Source: an uncultured Candidatus Saccharibacteria bacterium
GTDB lineage: Bacteria > Patescibacteriota > Saccharimonadia > Saccharimonadales > Saccharimonadaceae
Assembly (NCBI GenBank): GCA_944391325.1
Contig: CALXTC010000016.1
Span: 7,303-71,302 of the forward strand
Direction: 5' to 3'
Length of the DNA: 64,000 nt
Shown here: piece by piece, positions 20,376 to 30,081 of the stretch
Layout of the letters: each line of letters opens with the position of its first letter
Position numbering within the stretch: the stretch's first letter is position 1
Made by a program: the position numbers and the translations under genes
Notes under the pieces: generated by a model
Told to the model about the DNA's origin: nothing
The model's input: only the letters and a program-made list of their open reading frames with translations
Databases searched by the model: none

Positions 20376-21011
20376 ATGTCAGGTAAATTGGTGCTAGTGC
20401 GTCACGGCGAGAGCGAATGGAATCTGCTAGGTAAGTGGACTGGTTGGACGGATGTTAGCCTGACAGACAAGGGTGCCAGCGATGCTGAAAAAATGGGTGA
20501 ACTGATCAAGGACATCCATTTTGATGATATTTATACCAGTAAGTTAAAGAGGACTGTTGAAACAATGCAAAGTGTCCTAAAGACACAGGGACAAGCTGGT
20601 GCTCCGTACGAGTCTGTTGCTGAACTGAATGAGCGGGATTATGGCGACTATACCGGAATGAATAAGTGGGAGGTTAAGGATAGAGTAGGCGAGGAGAAGT
20701 TCAATGCTATTAGACGCAACTTCGACGAGCCAATACCAGGTGGCGAAACCCTACATATGGTTTACGATCGCGTTGTGCCGTGGTATCGCCAGGTCATTGT
20801 GCCAAAACTGATGAAGGGTGATAACGTATTATTGGTTGCTCATGGTAATTCAATTAGGGCATTAGTTAAGTACATTGAAAGTATTAGTGATGAAGGGATT
20901 GCTAAATTTGAAATGGCCTTTGGCGTAGTTCTGGAATATACGGTTGATGCTGATGGCAAGATGATAAATAAAGTAGAGAAGAAGGCAGATATTTCCAAAA
21001 CTAACGCATAA
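20376..21011 (+). CDS. gpmA: 2,3-bisphosphoglycerate-dependent phosphoglycerate mutase
   Basis: LVRHGESEWN, TGWTDV, LNERDYG, VAHGNSIR. Confidence 0.95.
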   Translation: MSGKLVLVRHGESEWNLLGKWTGWTDVSLTDKGASDAEKMGELIKDIHFDDIYTSKLKRTVETMQSVLKTQGQAGAPYESVAELNERDYGDYTGMNKWEVKDRVGEEKFNAIRRNFDEPIPGGETLHMVYDRVVPWYRQVIVPKLMKGDNVLLVAHGNSIRALVKYIESISDEGIAKFEMAFGVVLEYTVDADGKMINKVEKKADISKTNA

Positions 21012-21013
21012 TA

Positions 21014-21042
21014 TTGACATGTTGGCAAGCTTATGCTAATAT
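21014..21042 (+). promoter_or_regulatory. Consensus sigma70 promoter with no downstream CDS
   Basis: TTGACA (21014-19), 17-nt spacer ending in TGC, TAATAT (21037-42). Confidence 0.7.
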
Positions 21043-21048
21043 ATCGAT

Positions 21049-21126
21049 AGTTTCAGTTTTTTAGCTGGAGCCGTTAGTATGATGTAGCTAGCGAAATACC
21101 CGCCAGAGAGACCGCGGGTATTTTTT
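21049..21126 (+). ncRNA. Candidate small RNA (~78 nt, three hairpins)
   Basis: Lies between a consensus promoter and a U-tailed terminator; two G-U-rich hairpins at 21050-71 and 21072-93; no ORF. Confidence 0.55.
21094..21126 (+). terminator. Intrinsic terminator
   Basis: AAATACCCGC-N10-GCGGGTATTTTTT. Confidence 0.85.
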
Positions 21127-22147
21127 AGTGATCCTGGTGTTGACGAAGATGTTCGACAGCTCGAGGTGTGACGATGCGTCCACGTGGCGTGCGTTCGATA
21201 AAGCCAATCTGGAGTAAATAGGGCTCGTAAAAGTCCTCAATAGTGCTAGCCTCATCACCAGTAATAGCGGCAATAGTATTAAGCCCTACGGGATGGTCCT
21301 TGTAATTGTCCCACATGGCACGTAACATTCGTCGATCAGCGGGGTCTAATCCCAAATCATCGATTTCTAGTAGTTTTAGAGCGTTGTTGGTTATGGTTTT
21401 ATCAATAATACCGTCGCCGTTAACGTCGGCGTAGTCGCGAACACGTTTTAGTAAGCGATTGGCGATGCGGGGAGTCTGACGACTGCGTGTGGCCAGCGCA
21501 TTGGCGGCTTCGTCGGCAATCTTAGTGTTTAGGATTTTTGCACTGCGCTGAATAATGCGCTCGATATCGTGAATTTTATAAAATTCTAGATGGAATAAAT
21601 GTCCAAAGCGGTCACGAAGTGGTGCTGCAAGACTACCAGTTCTAGTAGTTGCACCAATGACAGTAAACTTAGGCAAGTCTAAACGTACAGAGCGGGCGGC
21701 GGGGCCCTTGCCGATTACGATATCTAATTTAAAGTCCTCCATTGCCGAATAAAGAACTTCCTCGACTGCTCGTGATAAACGGTGAATTTCGTCAATAAAC
21801 AACACATCCCCGTCTTGTAGGTTAGTCAGAATACTGGCTAAGTCGCCGGCTCGCTCAATGGCTGGCCCAGAGGTGACGCGTAGGCCTGTGCCCATTTCGT
21901 TGGCAATGACACCCGCCATGGTTGTCTTACCTAACCCTGGTGGCCCATATAGTAGGACGTGATCAATCGGTTCGCCACGCTTTTTGGCGGCATCAATGGC
22001 GAGTCGCAGGTTGCGCTTCATGCGATCCTGTCCAATGTAGTCGTCAAAAGTTTGCGGGCGCAACGTTAACTCAACTTGTGCCTCCTCAAAGGTACCGGCT
22101 TGTTCTGGCTCGGGGGCGGTTGGCTCAACTAATCTTTGTATACCCAT
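21125..22147 (-). CDS. ruvB: Holliday junction branch migration helicase RuvB
   Basis: [34 protein letters not shown]. Confidence 0.97.
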   Translation of the reverse strand: MGIQRLVEPTAPEPEQAGTFEEAQVELTLRPQTFDDYIGQDRMKRNLRLAIDAAKKRGEPIDHVLLYGPPGLGKTTMAGVIANEMGTGLRVTSGPAIERAGDLASILTNLQDGDVLFIDEIHRLSRAVEEVLYSAMEDFKLDIVIGKGPAARSVRLDLPKFTVIGATTRTGSLAAPLRDRFGHLFHLEFYKIHDIERIIQRSAKILNTKIADEAANALATRSRQTPRIANRLLKRVRDYADVNGDGIIDKTITNNALKLLEIDDLGLDPADRRMLRAMWDNYKDHPVGLNTIAAITGDEASTIEDFYEPYLLQIGFIERTPRGRIVTPRAVEHLRQHQDH

Positions 22148-22185
22148 TGCTGATTACTATTCTATCACTAGTAAAAACAGATTGG

Positions 22186-22773
22186 CTAATTACGCTTTTT
22201 CAGTGCTAAGCGAACGCGTTCGCCAGTTGGCAAATCGGTTGGTACATCGCTGAGAAATAGTGTGGCGTCGGCCAGGTTAAAGCCCAGAGCCATTAGGGCA
22301 TCCAAGGCTTCGTCGCCAGCTAGGGGTTGGTTGGACTGGTTTGATAGCGTATTGCTAGGCTCTATATAACTAGGTAGTCCGACCTTGTCGCGCAAGTCGA
22401 CAGTAATGCGCTCGGCTGATTTTTTGCCTACGCCACTGGCCTTGGCGATGAAACTGGCATTGGCGGTGGCAATAGCATTGCGCACCGATTCGACCTCGTC
22501 CAGGCTGAGTATTGCTAGCGCAGCCTTAGGGCCGATTCCCTGGACAGTAATTAACATTTCAAACAAGCGTTTGGCGGCTAGGGTGGAGAAGCCATAAAGT
22601 TCCTCGGAGTTTTCCTTGACTGAATGATAGGTGTAGAATTTTTGTTCACTGTTAATAGAGGCGCTTTCGGTGTCTCTGGTGGTAGCAAAAATTTCATAGC
22701 CAACCCCCATAACATCGACAACGATCGTGTTAAGTGTTTTTTCAATGACTTGTCCCTTGATGTATGCAATCAT
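22186..22773 (-). CDS. ruvA: Holliday junction binding protein RuvA
   Basis: MIAYIKG...GVGYEI, LYGF, GIGPKAALAIL, ALMALGF. Confidence 0.96.
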   Translation of the reverse strand: MIAYIKGQVIEKTLNTIVVDVMGVGYEIFATTRDTESASINSEQKFYTYHSVKENSEELYGFSTLAAKRLFEMLITVQGIGPKAALAILSLDEVESVRNAIATANASFIAKASGVGKKSAERITVDLRDKVGLPSYIEPSNTLSNQSNQPLAGDEALDALMALGFNLADATLFLSDVPTDLPTGERVRLALKKRN

Positions 22774-22785
22774 ATGGATATTTTA

Positions 22786-23292
22786 CTATAGCTGTAGGTC
22801 TTTCTCTTGGGTTAGTCCGGCCCTGGTCATTAGGCTGTGAGTGATAGCTGCAGCCAGGGCGTCGGCAGCATCATCTGGCTTGACTACTTCTTGCATATTT
22901 AAATGTAGTTTAACCATCTGTTGAACCTGCTTTTTGTCGGCTCGCCCATAGCCAGTTAGGGTTTGCTTAATCTGCAAAGGCGTGTATTCAAAAACAGGCA
23001 AATTATGGAGGGCTGCTACTAAAATGACAACTCCACGGGCCTCAGCCACGCTAATAGCGGTAGTGATGTTGCGGGCAAAGAATAGCTTCTCGATAGACAT
23101 GACGTCTGGATGAGTAGTCTCGATGATTTCATTTAGCGAATTGTAGATATCCAAAAGACGCTCTTTTAACTTGGTGTGGGCGGGCGTGGCAACTACGCCA
23201 ACGTCAATAACCTGGGGGTTTTTGTGGGCCTGAAAGTCAACTACTCCAAATCCCAAGATGCCAGTGCCGGGGTCAATGCCGATTACGCGCAT
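22786..23292 (-). CDS. ruvC: Crossover junction endodeoxyribonuclease RuvC
   Basis: IGIDPG, EKLFF, EYTPLQIK...GYGRADK, DDAADALA. Confidence 0.96.
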   Translation of the reverse strand: MRVIGIDPGTGILGFGVVDFQAHKNPQVIDVGVVATPAHTKLKERLLDIYNSLNEIIETTHPDVMSIEKLFFARNITTAISVAEARGVVILVAALHNLPVFEYTPLQIKQTLTGYGRADKKQVQQMVKLHLNMQEVVKPDDAADALAAAITHSLMTRAGLTQEKDLQL

Positions 23293-23301
23293 ACTGTAAA
23301 A

Positions 23302-25068
23302 CTATTGCTTCTTACTATTATCAGTTAATTTATCTAGCCACTCATCGGTATTGGACTTGTCCGACTGATCAAGCAGCCGATTAGTTTTAGTGGCTGTCGG
23401 CTTGGCTGGCTGCTTAGTGCGGTTGCATAGTCTGTGCCACCAACGGCCGATCTCCTGTCGGTATTGCCAAATCAAGATTGCCAATGAGACTATAGTTATT
23501 ATAGCAACGACGATGATGAGACTGGTAGTGCTGGTTGCTGCGTTATCGTTGTCGGTAGTGGTGACGGGGTATTTAGCATCATCATCCTTATCTGTGTCCT
23601 CGCCGTCTTTGTCATCGTCCTTAATTTTGACACAACGATTAGTTGCCGGATTACGGACATAGCCGTCCTTGCATGGTTTTAGTTCGTCGTCACTATCGAT
23701 CTTTTTGCATCGGTTTGTTTCGGGGTTGCGATAATAACCGTCTGGGCAGGGTTCTAGTTCGTCCTCATCGTCCTTAATTTTGACACAACGATTAGTTGCC
23801 GGATTACGGACATAGCCCTCGCGACATGGAACTAAATCATCTTCGCCATTGTCAATTTTCTTGCATCGGTTTGTTTCGGGGTTGCGATAGTATCCATCTG
23901 GACAAGGTTCCAGCTCATCATCCTCGTCGGTCGGGATCTTTTTGCACCGGTTGGTCTCTGGATTACGATAATAGCCCTCCTTGCACGGCTTTAATCCATT
24001 TTCATCCAGCTCGTCATCACCATTGGTGGTTGAATTGTCGTCATCCTCCTCTGGGATATTACGGCAACGGTGGGTATTTTCGTCGCGATATTGACCCTCG
24101 GGGCAGGGCGGATAGGCTTCAATGACGTTGTCCTCGCCCGGTGTCATCTGATAAGTCATTTGCCATTCACCATTGTTGTCAATGGCCATGCTGGCGCCTT
24201 CCTTAACGCTGCTGTAGCGTTTATAGTTGACAACTGTTTCGTCGTCACTATCGATTAGATATAGAATGCCACTAGTTTTGGCGATGTATTCCAAATCAGT
24301 TTGATCAACGTTAAAAACATATAGACCACCAGGCTCAACCTCGTAATCGTCCAGTTGGGCGTGGACAGCGCTCTTGGCCTTGCTCTTAGCAATGTAGCAA
24401 TTGGCGAGATTGAGCGGTTCCGTGCCACTATTAACAACCTCGATAAATTGTTCCTCTGGCTCCATGTAACTACCAATCTCATTTAACTTTAGTTTTTCGC
24501 AGGTGCCGGTCATGGCGTCATCTGGGTTGGTGACGGTGATTGATTTGTCTTCGCACTCGATGGCTTTGCCTGGTGTCTTTTTGCCGTAATAAAATTTGTT
24601 GGATAGAACGACCGTGCCGTCTTCGTAGGTGGTTTGGCAACGTTGATACGAGTAATTATCCTGTTCGTCCAAGGCGTCCTCTATTTCATGAAAGACGCTG
24701 TCGCCATACATGATCTGGATATATTTTTTGGCTAGCCAACCCATAATGCCCTCGTCTAGGGACAGCTTCTTGTAGGCGTGGGGTTTGTAGGTGTGTAAAT
24801 CGTAGACAGGTGGTAAATCAATGTCAAAAGGCAAATTAATTACAAAGTCTTTCCAGCCTAGGGAGGTGTGTTCGTCATTATTGTATATTTCAATATAGGC
24901 GCCGCTATAATCGTCGCCACCTAGATAGATCTCGCTGATAATCCAGCGCTGGTCGGTGACGGGGTTGTTGTCAATAACCCGAGCTTGGCAGCTTGTCGCG
25001 GTGATGATGTTGACCGTAAGAACCAATAAAAAACAGAGCCAGCGTTTGGCGATTATGTTTATTTTCAT
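23302..25068 (-). CDS. Surface protein: signal peptide, lamin-tail-like domains, six Cys-pair repeats, C-terminal TM anchor
   Basis: IISEI...YIEIYN and LNEI...FIEVVN...TPG lamin-tail patterns; CxxGYxRNPxTNRC repeats; TM followed by a basic tail. Confidence 0.8.
   Translation of the reverse strand: MKINIIAKRWLCFLLVLTVNIITATSCQARVIDNNPVTDQRWIISEIYLGGDDYSGAYIEIYNNDEHTSLGWKDFVINLPFDIDLPPVYDLHTYKPHAYKKLSLDEGIMGWLAKKYIQIMYGDSVFHEIEDALDEQDNYSYQRCQTTYEDGTVVLSNKFYYGKKTPGKAIECEDKSITVTNPDDAMTGTCEKLKLNEIGSYMEPEEQFIEVVNSGTEPLNLANCYIAKSKAKSAVHAQLDDYEVEPGGLYVFNVDQTDLEYIAKTSGILYLIDSDDETVVNYKRYSSVKEGASMAIDNNGEWQMTYQMTPGEDNVIEAYPPCPEGQYRDENTHRCRNIPEEDDDNSTTNGDDELDENGLKPCKEGYYRNPETNRCKKIPTDEDDELEPCPDGYYRNPETNRCKKIDNGEDDLVPCREGYVRNPATNRCVKIKDDEDELEPCPDGYYRNPETNRCKKIDSDDELKPCKDGYVRNPATNRCVKIKDDDKDGEDTDKDDDAKYPVTTTDNDNAATSTTSLIIVVAIITIVSLAILIWQYRQEIGRWWHRLCNRTKQPAKPTATKTNRLLDQSDKSNTDEWLDKLTDNSKKQ
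23612..24114 (-). repeat. Intragenic tandem array of six ~25-aa Cys-pair repeats, including an exact 53-bp direct repeat
   Basis: TCATCGTCCTTAATTTTGACACAACGATTAGTTGCCGGATTACGGACATAGCC at 23612-23664 and 23765-23817 (offset 153 bp). Confidence 0.85.
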
Positions 25069-25113
25069 TAATAAGTCTAGTTTATCACCAAATAATACTA
25101 AGTCAATATTCAG

Positions 25114-25551
25114 TTAATCAACTAGATAGGCTAATTTTTCAGGGCAGTCAATTGCGACTTCGCGCCCCTGTTTGGGTAGGTAATTAATATTAATGACTAG
25201 CCGTTGCTCGGGCAGGACGTCGACTATGCTATCACCCCATTCAATGATGACGACAGCCTTGGGGTCTACAATTGCTTCGCTTAATTCCAAATTCATAATG
25301 CCGGGGTCGGATAAACGATAAAAATCGTAATGTCGCAATGTCAACCCATCGCGTCCTGTGTAGTTGCAGTTAATGGTAAATGATGGCGAAGTTATATTAT
25401 CGTGAATCGCTAGGCCCTTAGCCAAACCACGGGTAAAGGTGGTTTTGCCAGCACCGACATCGCCAACTAGCTCAATTATTTCACCACCACGTAGTCGTCG
25501 GCCAATTTGTTGACCTAGTGTTTCCATTTCGTCAGTGGTATTGATAATCAT
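25114..25551 (-). CDS. tsaE: tRNA threonylcarbamoyladenosine biosynthesis ATPase TsaE
   Basis: LVGDVGAGKTTF, ITSPSF, HYDFYRL, IIEW. Confidence 0.95.
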   Translation of the reverse strand: MIINTTDEMETLGQQIGRRLRGGEIIELVGDVGAGKTTFTRGLAKGLAIHDNITSPSFTINCNYTGRDGLTLRHYDFYRLSDPGIMNLELSEAIVDPKAVVIIEWGDSIVDVLPEQRLVININYLPKQGREVAIDCPEKLAYLVD

Positions 25552-25570
25552 GTCTCTATTTTAGCATGCA

Positions 25571-26512
25571 CTAAAAGAGGCGATGCTTCTTGCCCCAGAT
25601 GATGAAGATGATAACTAGCAGTATGGCCAGGAGCATTACCATCAAAAAGCCAATGTCATCGTGCTGCATTGGTAGACGAATGTTCATGCCGTACATACTG
25701 AACACTAAATTAGGGGCGGCAATCAGTAGGGTGGCAATAGTTAGTGTCTTCATGACACGATTTAATGAGTCATTGGAAAGTGTCGTATAGGCATCGCGAA
25801 TATTGGTAATACGTTTAGTGTTGGCATCGCAGATGCTGATAGATTGTTGAGCTGCTAAGATAACATCAGTAAGCATATCGTTGGCTGCGACAGATAGGCG
25901 TAAACTGCGATCGGTCTGTAGGCGATTGAAAAGTGGAATTAGTGGTGTTAAAGCACTGATGAAATTATTGATTTGCTCCTCGATCATTACAAAGTTAGCA
26001 AAATCCTCGTTCTGTAGACGATGTTTTTGCATTTTGACAACGACATTATGAATGGCGTCGGTTTGAATTTTTATATGATATTCAAAGGCATTAATAATGC
26101 GGGCTAGCACATAGACGAGTTCCTCGGTAGAGCTGGGAATGTGGCTTAGGTCGTGAATAAGGCTGGCATCCAAAACTGGTTGAAGTTTGTAGCCACTAAT
26201 TAACATCAGGGTGTGCGAGTTATAAACTAGCAGGAGTGGACGTGTGGCGACGGCGACATTTCGATTTCCCTTGGCGCTAGGCAAGCGCAAATACAGATAA
26301 TCATAGTTATTCCGGTGCTCTAGGCGAGGGGCCTCGTTAATATCTAGGGCGTCGGATAGATTGCCATAATCCAGAGAAAACTTTTCAGCCAAGCGTCGTA
26401 AATCAGCATGAGTGGTGGACTCGATAATTATTGGACCAGTCGGACGTTCGGGCATGGCGCTGACGCCATCCAGTTCAATTATTTGACCGTCCTTGCCCAC
26501 CAACATAATCAT
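25571..26512 (-). CDS. CorA family Mg2+/divalent cation transporter
   Basis: DALDINEAPRLE, LNRVMKTLT, YGMN, 2 C-terminal TM; start refined to ATG 26512, 7 nt after TGATACAAT. Confidence 0.88.
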   Translation of the reverse strand: MIMLVGKDGQIIELDGVSAMPERPTGPIIIESTTHADLRRLAEKFSLDYGNLSDALDINEAPRLEHRNNYDYLYLRLPSAKGNRNVAVATRPLLLVYNSHTLMLISGYKLQPVLDASLIHDLSHIPSSTEELVYVLARIINAFEYHIKIQTDAIHNVVVKMQKHRLQNEDFANFVMIEEQINNFISALTPLIPLFNRLQTDRSLRLSVAANDMLTDVILAAQQSISICDANTKRITNIRDAYTTLSNDSLNRVMKTLTIATLLIAAPNLVFSMYGMNIRLPMQHDDIGFLMVMLLAILLVIIFIIWGKKHRLF

Positions 26513-26537
26513 ATGCACAATTGTATCATATCGACTA

Positions 26538-27260
26538 CTATTGAGCAGGCAGTGGCTCATTGGGGCAATCCTGTAAAACGTTGATCATAGCGGATTTTTC
26601 CGCCGGGGTTACCCATAGACTATATTTTAGCTTGACAGCAATTTGTCGAGCGATATATGGGCAGCGAAAAGCCTGGTTGTCGGGTAGCCACTCGCTGGCA
26701 TCACCATCAGATTTATCCTGGTTGGCACTGCTGCTAACAGCAATTAACTCTAAGTCGTCATTGGCTAGTTGCTTGCGCTCATCAGCCGTTAAGTATCGCG
26801 CCCCAGTTTGCCAGGCATTACTAAGTGCCACAACGTGGTCAATTTGCACCTTGCTGGAAACGGCTGATTTAGTGGTCAGCTCAATTGTTTGACCACTATA
26901 CGGATCATTTAGTGTGCCACCGATAACTGTGCAACCGTTAGCCCCAAGTTTGGCGTTCTGAATGTCGCGATTAAGGATTTTTTGACGTACATTGCAGTCG
27001 CGCCAGCTGGCCCAACTGCTACTGAATAAGCTTCGTTCGTAATCGTCGCCAGTTTCGCGTTCCTTGACGGGTAGCTTACTCAACTCGGCCAGGGCGGTGT
27101 TAGGCTGAGCTTGCTCAATTGTAACTTTATCGACACTAGAGATGTGTAGCTGATACGCCCACGCTCCCAGAATACTTAGTCCGATAACTATGATGGCGCT
27201 ACTAAACAGCGATACTAAACGCCGCCGAACTGATTTAGTGAGAATTTTTCGTTTTGTCAT
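26538..27260 (-). CDS. Membrane-anchored HNH nuclease (DUF1524-like)
   Basis: N-terminal TM; CNVRQKIL, DPYSG, QIDHVVAL, ANQDKSD..WLP, KYSLWVT. Confidence 0.85.
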   Translation of the reverse strand: MTKRKILTKSVRRRLVSLFSSAIIVIGLSILGAWAYQLHISSVDKVTIEQAQPNTALAELSKLPVKERETGDDYERSLFSSSWASWRDCNVRQKILNRDIQNAKLGANGCTVIGGTLNDPYSGQTIELTTKSAVSSKVQIDHVVALSNAWQTGARYLTADERKQLANDDLELIAVSSSANQDKSDGDASEWLPDNQAFRCPYIARQIAVKLKYSLWVTPAEKSAMINVLQDCPNEPLPAQ

Positions 27261-27287
27261 TTGCCTATTTGTATTATACTGGAACTA

Positions 27288-27791
27288 GTGAAAAAAGTTG
27301 TCCTATATGTTTCCTTGGTTGTAATTACGTTGGCAAACATTGCAGTGCCAGCTGGGGCTGTGCCATCTGATAATGTGATTCGGGCAAATTGTCAGTCCAT
27401 TCAATCAGTGCTTAGTCAAATTGAGAAAACGGATGCCGCTCTGAGAATTAATCGGGGGCGTATCTATAATGAAGTCCTTGATTTGTTTTATGCAATGAAT
27501 TCGCGTCTAGCCTCTAATAAAATTTCTGCACCTGAATTAGTCTCAATTACCTCCGATTTTGATAGCCAGCTGGCTGATTTTCGTGATGACTATAATGATT
27601 ACGATGATGATTTAAACGAGCTAATCGTAGCCGAATGTCAAGATGATCCTGGTGACTTTTACAATCAATTAATTAACGTTCGCGACGAGCGAGCAAAACT
27701 AAACGATGAAATTGCTAGTTTGGATCAGCTAGTTGATGATTACTGGACCAAGTTTAACGATAATGTCAGGAGTGTAGTTGATGGTAACTAA
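27288..27791 (+). CDS. Secreted helical hypothetical protein
   Basis: Signal peptide (MKKVVLYV...AGA); start refined to GTG 27288, 7 nt after TATACT. Confidence 0.75.
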   Translation: MKKVVLYVSLVVITLANIAVPAGAVPSDNVIRANCQSIQSVLSQIEKTDAALRINRGRIYNEVLDLFYAMNSRLASNKISAPELVSITSDFDSQLADFRDDYNDYDDDLNELIVAECQDDPGDFYNQLINVRDERAKLNDEIASLDQLVDDYWTKFNDNVRSVVDGN

Positions 27792-28161
27792 GTTCCATAG
27801 GGTCAGGGAATTTGTAGTGGCACATCAGTTTGCTTGTTTCATTATTCTGTGTGTTGTAATAGCACTGGTGATGACCCTAATCAGCCTAGAATTATATCGC
27901 CGTAGTGGGGCAATCAAGCTGGACATGAGTCGACCAGGCTACGAAGCTGTTCGAACGGAGGTGGAAAAGAGCAGTGATGATCAGCCATATGATAGTAGTG
28001 GTCCACTAAATGATTCAGCCATTAACGATTTCGAGAATCGAATTAAGAAATATCAGTCCGAATTAGACGAGTTGGGAACATATGATAACTCAATAATTAG
28101 CGACGACAGTTTGAACTTGACTGAGCCAGCTGAGTCCTCAACTACTGAAGTTGTGCAATAA
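27781..28161 (+). CDS. Hypothetical single-TM membrane protein (LDMSRPGY motif)
   Basis: SD AGGAG upstream of ATG 27781; overlaps the upstream gene. Confidence 0.75.
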   Translation: MVTKFHRVREFVVAHQFACFIILCVVIALVMTLISLELYRRSGAIKLDMSRPGYEAVRTEVEKSSDDQPYDSSGPLNDSAINDFENRIKKYQSELDELGTYDNSIISDDSLNLTEPAESSTTEVVQ

Positions 28162-28171
28162 TGATGAACTA

Positions 28172-28198
28172 TTAGCACTCTTGACGCTACAGTGCTAA
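28172..28198 (+). promoter_or_regulatory. CIRCE operator upstream of hrcA, with the -35 box in its spacer
   Basis: TTAGCACTC-TTGACGCTA-CAGTGCTAA (consensus TTAGCACTC-N9-GAGTGCTAA); TATAAT at 28205-10. Confidence 0.92.
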
Positions 28199-28216
28199 TT
28201 ATCCTATAATGCGGTT

Positions 28217-28951
28217 ATGATGACTGAGCGTCAGGCAAAAATTCTTGCCGCTGTGATTGAGCAATATGCCGAGTTGGCTACCCCGGTAGGTAGTGTGCTG
28301 CTAGCTAAATTGTTTGATGTATCACCAGCAACAATGCGATCAGAGATGGCTAAGCTAGAGGAAATGGGCTATTTGACTCAGCCGCATACCTCAGCTGGAC
28401 GCATTCCGACTGACAAGGGCTATCGGCTATACGTTAACAGCATTGTAGAAACTAAAATGGGGCGCAAGCCGACTCATGCTGATGAACGATATACCCAGGC
28501 AATTCGGGCTAGGGTCGGCAGTGGCGGTCGTGCCGACTTGGCTATCAGGGCGGCTGTTGATTCGTTAGTCGAGTTAACTCGCAATTTAGGTTTAGCAACA
28601 ATTGGTGACCAACTATATCTAAGCGGTATTGGTAACTTATTCTCGCAACCAGAGTTCTTGGATGGCGAACACGTTCGCTCGGTGGCTCGATTGCTAGATA
28701 ATCTAGAACCATGGTTGCGTGAGGCGGCACCGAACCAGGCTCTGAATGTCTTTATTGGGTCAGAGAATCCAATTGGTCGTGATAGTGGCGTGTCGCTAAT
28801 TGTCAGCAAGTTTCGCTCGCCGTTTTCGGACAACAGTTATATTGGGGTGCTGGGTCCGACTAGACAAAGTTATGCTAGGGTGATGATGCTAGTGTCGCAG
28901 ACTGGCAAGATTTTAGAACAATTATTGACTAATAATCTGTTGGAGGAGTAA
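28217..28951 (+). CDS. hrcA: Heat-inducible transcription repressor HrcA (short form)
   Basis: TERQAKIL...PVGS...SPATMRSEM...QPHTSAGRIPTDKGYR; GVLGPTR. Confidence 0.95.
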   Translation: MMTERQAKILAAVIEQYAELATPVGSVLLAKLFDVSPATMRSEMAKLEEMGYLTQPHTSAGRIPTDKGYRLYVNSIVETKMGRKPTHADERYTQAIRARVGSGGRADLAIRAAVDSLVELTRNLGLATIGDQLYLSGIGNLFSQPEFLDGEHVRSVARLLDNLEPWLREAAPNQALNVFIGSENPIGRDSGVSLIVSKFRSPFSDNSYIGVLGPTRQSYARVMMLVSQTGKILEQLLTNNLLEE

Positions 28952-29521
28952 ATGAGTGTAGGGAAGAAGAATAATCAGAGCAATCAGCCGGATGAAACAC
29001 AACTTCAAGATCAGGTTAATCCGACAACTACAGCTGACGATGTGGCTAACTCGACCGATCAAGATCTCATCCAGATTATTAATGACCAGCAGGCTAAAAT
29101 AACGGAGTTGACTAACCTAGTCCAGCGAACCAGGGCTGATTTTGAAAATTATCGCAAACATACCGAGGCTGATCTTGAGCGATCGCGTCAGCGGGGCGAG
29201 GAGTCTGTCATTAAGAAGCTGTTGCCAATCATCGATGTATTGGACGCAGCTATGAGCAATGTTCCAGACGACTTGTCCGATAACGCTTGGGCTAAGGGCA
29301 TCATTGGGGCGCACAAAAACCTGGCAAAAATGTTGATTGATTTGAAATTGGAAAGACAGTCGGTCGCTGTTGGCGATGTGTTTGATTACAACCAGTACGA
29401 GGCAATTCTAAATGATGGTGGCGATGGCGATCAGGAAGTAGTCACTGAAATTTTGCGGCCAGGCTACCTATATGATGGTCGCATTATTCGACCAGCTATG
29501 GTCAAAGTAGCCAAAAAATAG
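28952..29521 (+). CDS. grpE: Nucleotide exchange factor GrpE
   Basis: RTRADFENYRK, LLPIID, GYLYDGRIIRPAMVKV. Confidence 0.95.
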   Translation: MSVGKKNNQSNQPDETQLQDQVNPTTTADDVANSTDQDLIQIINDQQAKITELTNLVQRTRADFENYRKHTEADLERSRQRGEESVIKKLLPIIDVLDAAMSNVPDDLSDNAWAKGIIGAHKNLAKMLIDLKLERQSVAVGDVFDYNQYEAILNDGGDGDQEVVTEILRPGYLYDGRIIRPAMVKVAKK

Positions 29522-29550
29522 CAGTTGCAGTTGGTTGAGTCGCCTGTCTA

Positions 29551-30081
29551 TTAAATGTCTTCGCCAGTGTAAACCGACTCAACGTTTTGGATGTCCTGGT
29601 CGGTTGGGACAACTATTAGATAGGCGCTGGAATTGCCAAATGCCCTGTTCTTTCGTTGAATATATAGGGTTGCTGTAGTGTTGTCTAATTTTACCTTGGT
29701 CAGAGATACTTTAATCCCGCCACTTTGGCTGTTGCGAACATAGTAATCTACTAAATAGGTAGCGTCAGGATCATTATAATGTTGGGCGAAGTTATGCCCT
29801 TTGCATAAATTAACGTATTCGTCGTAGGTTAGGGCATCAGTGCCACTGGTGTAATACCAGTCAGAATTGTTATCTGGCACAGAGGCATATTGAATGTCAT
29901 AGTCATATTCGGTGGTTGATGATGAATTTTCATTAGGGTTGGTGTCAGAATTGTTTTTGAGGTGCCAATGTATGAGGAGAAATGATGCTAAGCCGACTAT
30001 TAGTGCGATAGTAATTATGATGACCACGTTTACCCATCGACGGTGTGGGCGGGTATTTTGTTGAGACGGTTGATTTAGAAT
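29551..30081 (-). CDS. Membrane-anchored extracellular protein (C-terminus PrcB_C-like); probable ATT start at 30081, first GTG at 30027
   Basis: TM plus SGGIKVSLTKV...AYLIVVP; promoter TTGACA-17-TAGAAT and SD GAGGAGG point to the ATT codon. Confidence 0.65.
   Translation of the reverse strand: MLNQPSQQNTRPHRRWVNVVIIITIALIVGLASFLLIHWHLKNNSDTNPNENSSSTTEYDYDIQYASVPDNNSDWYYTSGTDALTYDEYVNLCKGHNFAQHYNDPDATYLVDYYVRNSQSGGIKVSLTKVKLDNTTATLYIQRKNRAFGNSSAYLIVVPTDQDIQNVESVYTGEDI

Noticed and set aside
23612-24114. Regularly spaced repeats as a CRISPR array
   Set aside because: They are in-frame protein repeats with synonymous variation; there are no unique spacers or cas genes.
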